NCBI GenBank assembly: GCA_025060195.1
Contig: JANXCQ010000001.1
Coordinates: forward strand, 128,352 to 192,351
DNA length: 64,000 nucleotides
Direction: 5' to 3'
Source of the DNA: Gemmatales bacterium
Lineage (GTDB): Bacteria; Planctomycetota; Planctomycetia; Gemmatales; HRBIN36
Position 1 is the first letter of the stretch, and the number at the start of each line of letters is the position of its first letter. The translations under genes and the position numbers were made by a program. A model generated the notes under the pieces. That model did not search any database, was not told the DNA's origin, and worked only from the letters and a program-made list of their open reading frames with translations. Positions 51,021 through 60,949 of the stretch are shown in pieces.

Positions 51021-51776
51021 TTATTTCTCGCGCCGGCGTGAGCTGGCAACAGTAGCCAGATTGGATGATTCCGAGCTAGCGTCAGGCTCACGCAGGCGGT
51101 AACCGATGCCGCGTACGGTTTCGATGAATTCGCCGGCAGGGCCCAATTTACGTCGCAAGGATTTAATATGTACGTCGGCGGTGCGTTCCAATACCAAGTC
51201 GGCATCGGTGCCCGCCGCTTCAAGCAGCTCGTCGCGACGAAAAACGCGGCCTGGTTGACGCAAAAATGCTTCGAGAAAGCGGAACTCGGTCAGTGTCAGG
51301 TGGACGGGTTGATCATTCACCGTCACGCGATGCGTGCGCCGGTCGAGTCGAATCCCATGAGCTGCGAGTACCTGCGTAGCGTCTTCGCCGCCAGCGCGGC
51401 GTAATAAGGCACGGATCCGTTGGATCAGCACTTTGACACTGAAGGGTTTGGTAACATAGTCGTCGGCACCCACGGCTAAGCCAATGAGTTGATCGGATTC
51501 TTCGGAGCGCGCCGTGAGCATCACGATAGGAATGCGGGCGGTCGAAGGGTCGGCCCGTAGGAGGCGACAAACCTCGAGTCCGTCGAGGTTCGGGAGCATC
51601 AGATCCAGCACGATCAGGTCGGGCGGGTTGATTTGTACCAAGCGTAAGGCTTCCCGTCCATCGCCGCAACTTTGCACCTCAAAGCCTTCGCGCTCGAGAT
51701 TGTAGCGTAGCACTTCCACTAGGGTTTGCTCATCTTCGACAAGTAGGATGCGTGTCGCCATAGTTGTCTCTCTCAC
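51021..51776 (-). CDS. OmpR/PhoB-family response regulator
   Basis: Receiver domain (RILLVEDE, DLIVLDLMLP, K in YVTKPF) plus winged-helix output (VRGIGYRL). The true start is probably MATRILLV at 51761. Directly downstream of phoU. Confidence 0.88.
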   Translation of the reverse strand: MRETTMATRILLVEDEQTLVEVLRYNLEREGFEVQSCGDGREALRLVQINPPDLIVLDLMLPNLDGLEVCRLLRADPSTARIPIVMLTARSEESDQLIGLAVGADDYVTKPFSVKVLIQRIRALLRRAGGEDATQVLAAHGIRLDRRTHRVTVNDQPVHLTLTEFRFLEAFLRQPGRVFRRDELLEAAGTDADLVLERTADVHIKSLRRKLGPAGEFIETVRGIGYRLREPDASSESSNLATVASSRRREK

Positions 51777-52513
51777 TGAGAAGACCCAGGGCTGATTAAG
51801 GCTTCAGGTTTATGTCGGATAATCTGCCCCTCGACCATATAGACGACATCCTCGGCAATGTTAGTCGCGTGATCGGCAATACGTTCCAGATGGCGGGAGG
51901 TGGAAAAGAGGTTCAGCCCTGGCTCGATATTTTCGGGTGCCTGTTTCATCACGTTTATCAGATAGTCGATAATTTGACGGTTCACACGGTCAACGGTTTC
52001 GTCCATGAGACAGATTTCCCGCGCAAGTTTCGCATCACTGCGGCGAAAGGCGTCGAGGCTCAGGTGCATCATTTCCTTAGCCAAGTCAGTCATTTCCCGA
52101 AGTTGCGGTGGAATGGAGAGGATGACGCTGCCTTGTAGGAAAGCGACGGCGCGTTCAGCAATGTTGATCGCTAGGTCGCCGACACGCTCCAAATCTGTGT
52201 TGATCTTCAGAATCACTGCGACGCGCCTCAAATCGATCGCCACGGGCTGATGTAACGCCAGTATCTTCAGACATTCGTTCTCGACTTCCACTTCCTCAAA
52301 ATCAATTTGAGTGTCCACTTCGGGGTTGAGTAAGGCCAACGCTAATTCGATGCGGCGTTCGCACAGAGCTTGAATTGCTTGGTCCACCGTTTGGAGCACC
52401 TGACTGGCGAGTTTCCAAACGCGTTTTTCCAGATTCATCAAGTCGCGCCGAAAATGAATCATATTGACAGCCCTGATGCGGCTGGGCGCCATGGCAAAGC
52501 TGCCTGCGCTCAT
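51773..52513 (-). CDS. phoU: Phosphate signalling complex protein PhoU
   Basis: Two PhoU repeats with D-x3-D motifs (ERVGDLAINIAE, ERIADHATNIAEDV). Alternative start ATG at 52462 (MIHFRRDL). Confidence 0.9.
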   Translation of the reverse strand: MSAGSFAMAPSRIRAVNMIHFRRDLMNLEKRVWKLASQVLQTVDQAIQALCERRIELALALLNPEVDTQIDFEEVEVENECLKILALHQPVAIDLRRVAVILKINTDLERVGDLAINIAERAVAFLQGSVILSIPPQLREMTDLAKEMMHLSLDAFRRSDAKLAREICLMDETVDRVNRQIIDYLINVMKQAPENIEPGLNLFSTSRHLERIADHATNIAEDVVYMVEGQIIRHKPEALISPGSSQ

Positions 52514-52639
52514 GGTAGTCCCTTAACCACAGGCTCAGCTGACCTGGCGGCTGGGACGCTCAGGCCAGACCACCCGAGAAGAATTTTTATACACGAAACT
52601 CGCGAGAAAATCAGTCAGGTGCGATGTCGCGGCCCGAGA

Positions 52640-53467
52640 TTATCCGAAGCGTCCTGTAATGTAATCCTCGGTCTGGCTTTCTCGGGGACGGGTAAACAGC
52701 TGTGCTGTTGGCCCCATTTCAATCAAGCGTCCCTGATAAAAGAAGGCGGTGACGTCAGAAACTCGAGCGGCCTGTTGCATGTTGTGGGTTACAATCACGA
52801 TAGTGTATTTTGTTTTCAGTTCGAAGATGAGATCTTCGATTTTCGCGGTGGCACTGGGATCGAGAGCCGAGGCGGGTTCGTCCATGAGCAAGACCTCAGG
52901 CTCAGTGGCTAAGGCACGTGCAATACACAAGCGTTGCTGCTGTCCGCCCGACAAGGCCATCGCCGACTCATGCAATCTATCTTTGACTTCATCCCATAGA
53001 GCCGCTCGTTTCAGACAGTTCTCGACAATCTGTTCGAGTAACCGACGATTGCGAATCCCTGCAATCCGTGGGCCGTAGGCCACGTTTTCGAAGATGCTCT
53101 TTGGGAACGGGTTCGATTTTTGAAACACCATACCAACGCGGCGTCGCAACATAACTACATCCATGCTGCGGTCATAGATGTCCTGGCCATCGAGTAACAC
53201 CTTGCCCGTGAAACGCGTGTTTTCGATCAACTCATTCATGCGATTGAGCAGGCGGAGAAACGTGGATTTGCCGCACCCTGAGGGGCCAATCAGGGCCGTA
53301 ACCTGATTTTCTGGTATGTCCATGTTGATGTCGAAGAGGGCTTGCTGGCTACCGTACCAAAAATTAACCTGTCGGACACTGATTTTGGCCCGTACTGTAG
53401 CGTCGCTATTCGTAGAAGTCGCAGGTCGCTGGGCCAAGGCATTGGCTATCGATACCGGTACGGACAT
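52640..53467 (-). CDS. pstB: Phosphate ABC transporter ATP-binding protein
   Basis: 275 aa. Walker [10 protein letters not shown], signature LSGGQQQRL, Walker B LLMDEP. PstB-type C-terminus [10 protein letters not shown]. Confidence 0.95.
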   Translation of the reverse strand: MSVPVSIANALAQRPATSTNSDATVRAKISVRQVNFWYGSQQALFDINMDIPENQVTALIGPSGCGKSTFLRLLNRMNELIENTRFTGKVLLDGQDIYDRSMDVVMLRRRVGMVFQKSNPFPKSIFENVAYGPRIAGIRNRRLLEQIVENCLKRAALWDEVKDRLHESAMALSGGQQQRLCIARALATEPEVLLMDEPASALDPSATAKIEDLIFELKTKYTIVIVTHNMQQAARVSDVTAFFYQGRLIEMGPTAQLFTRPRESQTEDYITGRFG

Positions 53468-53725
53468 GGCCCAAATTTCCGTGTGCTTGATACCAGCCCT
53501 TTAAGGGCGATTTCTGTGAAGGCCTCGCCCCCTCGAGTTCTCAGTTCTACGTATTTCGCTGGATACTATAGGAAGCCAAAGCTAGCCCAGTATGAAGATT
53601 CGATGTAGATTTTGTGTAAACCGTTGCAACAAAATTCCTCTTGACAACCCGGCGAGAGTGGTAATGTTATCCGGCAAACTTTGTAAGGGCTTTCCCAGAA
53701 CGGGGCCAAATCGGGGGACGACGAT

Positions 53726-54106
53726 ATGGGCCGCCATGTCCTCGTGGGACTATGTTGTGTACTAACGACCTCAGGCTCTCTTTGGGCGCAAGTTACGATC
53801 CCGGTCGGCAGCGCACCGAGGTTGAATGTTACCGGACAGGGGGCCACGGTGCCGACTATAGGCGCCGCGCCCCGCTTGGGCCAATTTTCGCCTACTGCAC
53901 CGACAATTTTTGTACCCGTGGATGTAGCGAGTCAAAGCATTATTCCCGTTACCGCGGTGCAACGCAATGTATTCCGACCACGTCAACCAAGTTTCTTAGA
54001 TCGGCTGAGCCGACTGTTACCATTCGCGACCAAGACTGGGGCGTCGTTCGTGGCCCCCGAAGCAGTTTTCCTGCACAACAGTCTGCCCAATGTGACCATC
54101 AAGTGA
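53726..54106 (+). CDS. Hypothetical secreted protein
   Basis: 126-aa ORF with signal peptide LVGLCCVLTTSGSLWAQ. An overlapping alternative frame exists, so support is weak. Confidence 0.35.
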   Translation: MGRHVLVGLCCVLTTSGSLWAQVTIPVGSAPRLNVTGQGATVPTIGAAPRLGQFSPTAPTIFVPVDVASQSIIPVTAVQRNVFRPRQPSFLDRLSRLLPFATKTGASFVAPEAVFLHNSLPNVTIK

Positions 54107-54173
54107 TCGGACCGGCTCGGTTAGCCCTATTTAGATAAGCCCTGCTAAGCTACCATGAGTAGCCAATCGAGGT

Positions 54174-54497
54174 TCAGGGTAGAGCGCCAACCGGTGACGG
54201 ACGGCCCAGAGGGGGCGTATTTGGTCCTACTGGAGGTCCGACGCGGTTGTCGCGTGGCCGAAGCTCCGTAGGGGTGTCGCGGCGCGGTAGGCCTGCATAA
54301 GTTGGCGGTTCCTGGTATCTTCGCTCGTCGGCAGGAGGTGCGCGATACTCTTGAGCTTTGCCCCAACTCAGTAGGTTCCACCCACCTCGGGAACTTGCGC
54401 AGCCGCTCAACGTTGTCAGTGTTAGGCTAAGCGTGCCGAGCCATCGTAGTAGCCGCTTCTCCGCGTCATTCTGTCGATTCGTCCGCCTGTGGGTCAT
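54174..54497 (-). CDS. Putative lipoprotein, Pro/Arg-rich
   Basis: 107 aa. GGAGG RBS 6 nt upstream of the ATG. Lipobox-like LTTLSGC after a hydrophobic stretch. Confidence 0.45.
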   Translation of the reverse strand: MTHRRTNRQNDAEKRLLRWLGTLSLTLTTLSGCASSRGGWNLLSWGKAQEYRAPPADERRYQEPPTYAGLPRRDTPTELRPRDNRVGPPVGPNTPPLGRPSPVGALP

Positions 54498-54761
54498 CCG
54501 CGCCTCCAGCTGGCGTTCTTACGGTAAGCCGGTACCGGTCAACTTGTGCTCGCTGCCATTCCTCAGGCCTTAGCATTGAAAGTGACGGATTCCGACGAAA
54601 CAGCTCTCATACCCCATTGCCCTGGTTAATCAATACGACCTCGCGGTTGCAACCTGGAACCGCTGAGGCTAATTTGGTCAGAGAAAACGTCTTTTGGCCA
54701 ACACTAATTTGTCATCGCACGGAATGCAAAACAGCCGAGACGCCGACGAAACCACCATGGG

Positions 54762-56000
54762 CTAATTGGCGGGAGCGGGAAACTGACGACACAGTTCGCG
54801 CACTTGCTCCCGGACACGTTGCACGACGGTCTGATCGTCGGGATGGCGTAGCACTTCATCAATCCATCGAGCGATCAGACGCATTTCCGGTTCTTTCATG
54901 CCGCGAGTGGTAACGGCGGGCGTTCCAATGCGCAGCCCTGAGGGGTCGAGCGGAGGTCGTTTATCAAAGGGAATGAGATTCTTGTTCACGGTGATGCCCG
55001 CCTGTTCCAGCGCTTTTTCGGCGATCTTTCCCGTGAGTCCTCGAGGCGTGACGTCCACGAGGATGAGGTGATTGTCCGTGCCGCCTGAGACCAGTCGAAA
55101 TCCCGCGCGGACCAGTTCCTCCGCTAGTACCTGCGCATTGACAATAATCTGGCGGGCGTACTCCCGAAATTCGGGTCGCAGGGCCTCGCCAAAGGCCACG
55201 GCTTTCGCGGCAATCACATGCATCAGCGGGCCGCCCTGAATGCCGGGAAAGACCGCCTGGTTAATTTTCTGCCCCCAGGCTTCCTTGCAAAGGATGAAAC
55301 CGCTGCGTGGTCCGCGTAAGGTTTTGTGCGTGGTAGAGGTAACAAAATCCGCCACGGGCACCGGGTCAGGGTGCAACCGAGCGGCAACTAAGCCCGCTAT
55401 GTGCGCCATATCTACCATAAGCCAAGCATCCACTTCGCGGGCAATTTCCGCAAAGCGGGCAAAATCGATCTGACGGGGATAAGCACTGGCTCCTGCCACA
55501 ATGAGGCGCGGACGGTGTTCGCGAGCCAGCCGAGCCACTTGGTCAAAATCAATACGCTCCGTTTTCAGATCCACCGTATAGCTCACCACGCGGTAAAGTT
55601 TGCCCGAAAAGTTGAGCCGCATGCCGTGGGTAAGATGGCCGCCGTGAGCCAAGTCCATGGCCAGAATGGTATCGCCCGGTTGCAAGCAGGCAAAGTAGAC
55701 AGCCATGTTCGCTTGGGCGCCCGAATGGGGCTGCACGTTAGCAAATTCGGCGCCGAAAAGTTGCTTGGCTCGCTCGATGGCCAGGCGTTCCACCTGGTCA
55801 ACAAACTCGCAGCCCCCGTAATAACGTCGCCCCGGGTAACCTTCCGCGTATTTATTCGTCAAAACCGACCCTTGGGCGGCTAGCACTGCCGGGCTGGTAT
55901 AGTTTTCCGAGGCGATCATTTCCAGGCCTTCTTGCTGTCGGCGTCGCTCGCCTTGAATCGCCTCCCAGACCGCTGGGTCGTGTTGTTGCAGAATGTCCAT
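54762..56000 (-). CDS. glyA: Serine hydroxymethyltransferase
   Basis: 412 aa. [15 protein letters not shown]-lysine motif and SGGTDNHL. Confidence 0.97.
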   Translation of the reverse strand: MDILQQHDPAVWEAIQGERRRQQEGLEMIASENYTSPAVLAAQGSVLTNKYAEGYPGRRYYGGCEFVDQVERLAIERAKQLFGAEFANVQPHSGAQANMAVYFACLQPGDTILAMDLAHGGHLTHGMRLNFSGKLYRVVSYTVDLKTERIDFDQVARLAREHRPRLIVAGASAYPRQIDFARFAEIAREVDAWLMVDMAHIAGLVAARLHPDPVPVADFVTSTTHKTLRGPRSGFILCKEAWGQKINQAVFPGIQGGPLMHVIAAKAVAFGEALRPEFREYARQIIVNAQVLAEELVRAGFRLVSGGTDNHLILVDVTPRGLTGKIAEKALEQAGITVNKNLIPFDKRPPLDPSGLRIGTPAVTTRGMKEPEMRLIARWIDEVLRHPDDQTVVQRVREQVRELCRQFPAPAN

Positions 56001-56058
56001 GGGTTGTCTCCCCCGAAAGCCATTGAGAAACTCACCTCAAGTGATTTTGCCTCGTCGC

Positions 56059-56790
56059 TTAGGAAGAGGGTAGGCTATCATACGAATCCTTCGGAATTGG
56101 CGTGCGACCTAAGAGCACGCGCGTGCCCCAGCGGAGTAAGAGAGGGAGTAAGCTCGCCGCGACTAAAGCGGCTATAACACGCGCTTGCACGAATTGGCCC
56201 TCAGCCAGGGCGCGGTCAAGTTCGGTGCCTGCCCAGACGTAAATAATTGTTGCGGGAAGCATGCCCACTTGGCTCACCCACCAATAGCGCCAAATGGACA
56301 TTCGTGTCAGGCCGAAAGCCAAGTTGATTAGAAAAAAAGGCACGAGGGGATTGAGCCGTAGGCTCAGCAGATACCATGGCCCAGCACTATCCAGTTCCTT
56401 GTAAAGCGCGCCGAGGCGTTGACCATACCGTTGACGCACCCAGTCGCGGAGCAGTGTTCGGCTCAAAAGCATCGCTAGGGTAGCGCCCGCGGTCGAAGCG
56501 AAGCTCACCAGGACGACGCCCCAAACCCAACCGAACAGCGCACCGCCCGTGAACGTCAGCACCATCGCTCCCGGCAAGGCCAGCGCTGTAAATAACACAT
56601 ACGCCGTGAAGAATATCAGACTGCTAAGCCAAGGTTGCGTGCTTACGTAGGTCTGCAGAACCTGCCGACGCTCTTGCAGCCACCGTAACACCGTTGGCCC
56701 ATCGACGAAAAGACCTCCCAACAACAACGACCCTATGCCAAGGACAAGGAAGCCCGCGCCTAATATCAGACGGCCACGACTATAGGTCAC
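56059..56790 (-). CDS. TVP38/TMEM64 (DedA-related) family membrane protein
   Basis: 243 aa with multiple TM segments and typical LRLNPLVPFFLINLAFGLT and WRYWWVS blocks. Confidence 0.8.
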   Translation of the reverse strand: MTYSRGRLILGAGFLVLGIGSLLLGGLFVDGPTVLRWLQERRQVLQTYVSTQPWLSSLIFFTAYVLFTALALPGAMVLTFTGGALFGWVWGVVLVSFASTAGATLAMLLSRTLLRDWVRQRYGQRLGALYKELDSAGPWYLLSLRLNPLVPFFLINLAFGLTRMSIWRYWWVSQVGMLPATIIYVWAGTELDRALAEGQFVQARVIAALVAASLLPLLLRWGTRVLLGRTPIPKDSYDSLPSS

Positions 56791-56804
56791 GGAGAGTCAG
56801 CTTC

Positions 56805-57821
56805 TCAGGGGATACGAGTGAAGCGAAGTAGGATCTTGCCTGATCGCCCTGGAGTTTCCGCGTGTGCTAAAGCGTCATGGTAGCGCTCGATAGGATATTG
56901 TGCAGCCACTTTCGTGGTCAGTACACCTTGACGCAAGCCTCGCACGATTTGGCGAAACAAACGCAACATGGTTAAAGGCCCTTGTCGTTTTACCCACTCC
57001 GCAAGCCAAAACCCCTCGACCCTACGGTTGTTGACCATCAGCTCCCGCGGGCTGAATAGCAGAGGTTGGTCCGACAGGGTACCGTAAACCACTAATCGGC
57101 CGTCAGGGCCAAGACACGAGATAATCTGCGAACCCAGCGGGCCGCCCACCGCATCCACGGCATAACGCACAGTTCCCTCAGGTATGTGTTGCCGTAAAAG
57201 TTGGGCCAAGTCGTATCCTTCCTGCCAAACGAGAATCTTGTCCGGCTTTAGTTCGGCCAATTCTTCCCGAGCTTCCGGCCGACGGACGACATTGATGGTA
57301 CGAAAGCCCAGAGTGTGTCCCAAGCGGATGATCATCTTGCCCAAGCTTGAATTCGCTGCGGTTTGCAACAACCACTCCCCACGGGGCACCCTAAGCACTC
57401 GTGTTACTATCACCAGGGCCGTTGCAGGGTTAACAAAAAACGATGCTACTTGCTCCTCAGGGAGATCGTCGGGTACAGGTATGGCTTGGCGCGCGGGAAT
57501 TACCACCTGTTCTTGCCAGTTACCTCCCTGACCGTTGAGCACAGCTACCCGTTTTCCCAGAACCCGCCACGCAAGGAAGCCACCGCCGCTCTCCTCAACC
57601 ACACCCACCCCTTCGAACCCAGGCACAGCCGGAGGCCCGGCCGGCCGACCATATACGCCCCGAATCAACAGTAGATCAGATGGATTGATGGGACTGGCAA
57701 TCATACGCACACGCACTTGGCCCGGACCTGGTCGTGGCACAGGTACTTCCCGCAACTTAAGCACGTCGCTGGGTTCTCCGAAGCGATCAAAAACCAGCGC
57801 CCGCATCGTATTCATGGCCAT
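56805..57821 (-). CDS. MDR-family zinc-independent quinone/enoyl reductase-like oxidoreductase
   Basis: 338 aa. MRALVFDRFGEP ... INPSDLL ... PAVPGFEGVGVV pattern. The start is probably one of the internal Met codons (57815 or 57806). Confidence 0.85.
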   Translation of the reverse strand: MAMNTMRALVFDRFGEPSDVLKLREVPVPRPGPGQVRVRMIASPINPSDLLLIRGVYGRPAGPPAVPGFEGVGVVEESGGGFLAWRVLGKRVAVLNGQGGNWQEQVVIPARQAIPVPDDLPEEQVASFFVNPATALVIVTRVLRVPRGEWLLQTAANSSLGKMIIRLGHTLGFRTINVVRRPEAREELAELKPDKILVWQEGYDLAQLLRQHIPEGTVRYAVDAVGGPLGSQIISCLGPDGRLVVYGTLSDQPLLFSPRELMVNNRRVEGFWLAEWVKRQGPLTMLRLFRQIVRGLRQGVLTTKVAAQYPIERYHDALAHAETPGRSGKILLRFTRIP

Positions 57822-58987
57822 AAAGCGAAGCAGTAGAGTATCTCCGCGGCTTGCTCGACCTGACGTAACTCAATGTATTCGTCAGCCGTATGAGCTTGAG
57901 CAATGTCCCCAGGACCAAATACCACACACGGAATACCGACGGCCTGCAACGTGGCGGCGTCCGTGCCATAAGCCACCGTTCCTGTCTCCGCATGACCCAG
58001 CACCTGACGCACTGCTTCCTGGAGGCGCGACACCAGCGCCTCCTTGCCTTCCCCCGACAGAGGCGGCAATTTCATCCACGGCCGCTCTTGCCACCACGTC
58101 GTAGCGTCAAGACGATGCCGCAAATAATCCGCCAACTCTTCCGTCACCTGTTCCAAGTCTTCGCTCGGCAACACGCGGCGATCCACTTCTATCGTGCAGC
58201 AGTCGGGCACAATATTCGCGCTGATCCCGCCCTCGATGCGTCCCACGCTCAAGGTAGCAGGTCCTAACTCAGCGTCTCGCCGATAGTTATTCAGCCAGGT
58301 GGCATAACCTTCGATAGCCGAGACCAACCGTGCCATACGGTAAATCGCATTCACTCCCAACTCAGGTTGCGAACTATGGCAACTGCGTCCTGTCGTGTGG
58401 ATGCGCCATCGAACAATCCCTTTGTGAGCCGTAATAATCCGTAAATTCGTAGGCTCGGCGACAATAGCCCCGTCAGCACCCAGCGGCCTGGAAGTTAGCG
58501 CGCGAATCCCGGTGAAAGTATATTCCTCATCCACGACACAAGCCAACATGATGGAACAACGCCGCTCCGCGGGTTGACGCAGTAGCCGATCACACGCAGC
58601 CAACATTGCCGCTAAGCCCCCCTTCACGTCGCAGGCGCCGCGACCGTAAAGCCGACCATTGGTGACCTGAGCGGCAAAAGGCGCTACGGTCATGCCCCGC
58701 GCTGGCACGGTATCCTGATGCGCTTCCCAAAGCCAAGTGGGCGAAGTCGGACAGCCAGGTAAATAAGCCACGATATTATCTCGTCGCGGTGCTACCTTCT
58801 GCCGCTCATAACGGACTCCCCAACTGCGAAATAAATCCTCTAAAAAGTCCGTGACCGCCGATTCGTCATATCCCGGCTCCGAGACCTCGCAGCCCATGGG
58901 GTTCTGACTGGGTCGGCGCACCAATTCCGCTAACCACTCGATCGCTAAACTCATCCCTCGGCCTCCGCTAAAGCATCGAGGCGCCAA
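57812..58987 (-). CDS. M20-family metallopeptidase (ArgE/DapE-like deacylase)
   Basis: 391 aa. EAHQDTVP, GRGACDVKGG and VVDEE metal-ligand blocks. The start may be MSLAIEW at 58954. Confidence 0.85.
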   Translation of the reverse strand: MAPRCFSGGRGMSLAIEWLAELVRRPSQNPMGCEVSEPGYDESAVTDFLEDLFRSWGVRYERQKVAPRRDNIVAYLPGCPTSPTWLWEAHQDTVPARGMTVAPFAAQVTNGRLYGRGACDVKGGLAAMLAACDRLLRQPAERRCSIMLACVVDEEYTFTGIRALTSRPLGADGAIVAEPTNLRIITAHKGIVRWRIHTTGRSCHSSQPELGVNAIYRMARLVSAIEGYATWLNNYRRDAELGPATLSVGRIEGGISANIVPDCCTIEVDRRVLPSEDLEQVTEELADYLRHRLDATTWWQERPWMKLPPLSGEGKEALVSRLQEAVRQVLGHAETGTVAYGTDAATLQAVGIPCVVFGPGDIAQAHTADEYIELRQVEQAAEILYCFALWP

Positions 58988-58994
58988 CTTCGCC

Positions 58995-59243
58995 TTAGCC
59001 AGTTGTGTCCTCGCGGCGCGAGCGTAGCTCTTCGAGCACTTGCTGAGCTCGTTCTAAATCGGCACGATGAACCCAGACCTCCGCAGGAATTGCCTTGAGC
59101 GAGCCGAAACTGGCATCGAGGAACTCCCCCACCACCTGGCACGAGATTCCCTGACTTTCCAGAGCGGTCTTGATCGCAAAGGCTTCTTGCGTGTCCTCAA
59201 CCGCAATTAGTCGCACGACTTCTTTAGGATCGTTCTCACTCAT
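58995..59243 (-). CDS. DUF2007-like small protein
   Basis: 82 aa. The pattern ...EAFAIKTALESQGISCQV... ...VWVHRADLERAQQVLEEL is typical of DUF2007. Confidence 0.65.
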   Translation of the reverse strand: MSENDPKEVVRLIAVEDTQEAFAIKTALESQGISCQVVGEFLDASFGSLKAIPAEVWVHRADLERAQQVLEELRSRREDTTG

Positions 59244-59455
59244 AAAGGTAGCTCCTTAGCCTCCTCTCTCTGATTTTCCTGATAGAATACAAGGCTAATT
59301 CTATGCATGTCAGCGGGCAGTCAGAGCACAACCCCAATCAGGCAGACGCTTGTCGGTCACTAAAGGAGCCACGCTTCATGCTCCGAACGATGATTACAGC
59401 CGCTGCGCAACTCGAAACGGCTCATGCTCGCATGGTCGGTCGAGCGGGTGGCCTG

Positions 59456-59828
59456 CGACTTCCGTTTTAGAAAATAGCGAGCCATGTCGCCTAGAAGGCG
59501 AGGTACTATACCTGCTAATGCGAATGCCCTGCGATATTCAAATTCGACCGGAACGAGGAGAACGATTGCAGTCGCGGCACTATACGTGTTAATGCCGCGG
59601 CCACGAGATAGCCAAATTCGATCAACGAGGGGGGTGCATGATTCCTGACGAAGCATTATGCTTGGTAATCTGACGGCCTTGCGGTAGTCAAATTCGACTA
59701 TAACCGGGTCCCCGATTAATAGCGTAGCACTGTCTCGGCCTTTGACACAGTGCTGCGTTAGTCAGATTCGATTGCAACGACTTGCGCGATTGGAAACGAA
59801 GCACCGTCCTGGCTATGGATATTACGCT
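59456..59828. repeat. Degenerate ~75-bp tandem repeat array (4 clear units plus 1 decayed unit)
   Basis: Units 59531-59604, 59605-59680, 59681-59754 and 59755-59828. The core (T/C)CA(A/G)ATTCGA is at 59538, 59612, 59688 and 59762. GATT and GCA(C/T) anchors sit at fixed offsets. Details are in findings. Confidence 0.8.
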
Positions 59829-60410
59829 CGAACTAGGCCACTGATGTTATAATGCGACTAAGCTCGTGATGTCTTCCGACAATTGAGCTTATCTAAGCCG
59901 CACGGAAATATTGATAAGCATGACTTAGCACGATGCTGATAGACCCCAGTCCCCTAAGCCGACGCAACAAATTTACTTTGCAGAAACCCGTGTCATCTGG
60001 GCCTGGATATTTGCTCTCTGAAGTTTAGTTTGAGGGACACGAACAAAGTCAGTGGCCTAACAGTGTCCGAGTCATCGTCCTCAGGCGGCACACGGCGTGA
60101 ACATCTAAATTGAGCTTTATATTGCGCACATGAGGGCTAAGACGTGCACAATAGGATCATAGACGAACGGCGAACTTGACAAGAGTGACTTAGATTTGTT
60201 CGCCACTCGAGGCGCCAGTCGTAGCCCTCCTCAAGTGAAGTTTCTAATTTTCCACCCATTAGAGGAAAACCTTTCACTAGTTGCCGTGTTACTAAGTCCA
60301 GGCAATCTGGATGGGACGGTCACGCGCTCACACCAGGATGTAAGACAGGATTTGTAAGATGGTATATGTAGTAAATAAAAAGCTCGCGCCAATGTAATTG
60401 GCGGCCCGCA

Positions 60411-60545
60411 GCAGATTTATTCAGATTTCTGGAATAGGATACGTGGCAATAATCCGACGGCCGGTAAATGCAACGCAGATGCCAGTGGACTAATTCAGAT
60501 TTTGGGGATGGAATATAGACGGAATATAAAGGCGGACAGGAATAT
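60411..60545. repeat. Cluster of short direct repeats (GCAGAT / TTCAGATTT / GGAATA)
   Basis: GCAGAT at 60411 and 60475. TTCAGATTT at 60420 and 60494. GGAATA at 60431, 60510, 60521 and 60539. Confidence 0.6.
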
Positions 60546-60949
60546 GATCGAACTTGACTATTTCCTTAGACCTCGTGTAAAGGCACCAAATTTAATATGC
60601 TGTCCATAGTGTTATGATGTGTTACTGTTTTGATTGTGTTCCGTCTAAGGTTACAAATATAGCAGAGGCAAACCACTCTGCCATAAGCCCTAAGAATCGT
60701 GATTTTTCCTTCTCGTCAAACCCGCCAGGTCCGAAAATTTGCCCGCGCTTCCGCCATGCTAGGTGACGAAAATACACAAGTCATTTATGAATCACGACTC
60801 ACATGAAAATCTTACCGCGTTACTCAAGATGTCTCAACCGTATCAAAAAGGGCGTGGCAAAAGATGCGTTGCCATGCGCGTTTAGCCTTTCGGGGAGCTT
60901 AGTCGGTGCCGGGTGTCAAATCCAGAACTCACATGAGAACGGAGAGGCG

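Noticed and set aside
50543-51223. 226-aa ORF spanning the 50722-50997 gene and the regulator 3' end
   Set aside because: It lies antisense to two better-supported genes, and it has implausible composition and no RBS.
59531-59828. Possible CRISPR array (about 28-nt repeat-like segment every ~75 bp)
   Set aside because: The repeats are degenerate and the inter-repeat segments are themselves homologous (GATT and GCAC anchors at fixed offsets). That makes it a whole-unit tandem repeat rather than repeat-spacer architecture. There is no cas gene in the window.
59531-59828. Array of tRNA or tRNA-like genes (75-nt period, TTCGA motif reminiscent of a T-loop)
   Set aside because: On neither strand does the TTCGA context give a G53-T54-T55-C56 T-arm with a 5-bp stem, and no acceptor or anticodon stems can be drawn.
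59835-60558. Exact 10-mers repeated in the island (AATTGAGCTT at 59881 and 60109; CGAACTTGAC at 60171 and 60549; inverted AGGCCACTGA at 59835 with TCAGTGGCCT at 60050)
   Set aside because: About two identical 10-mer pairs are expected by chance in 2 kb. None has supporting flanking similarity.
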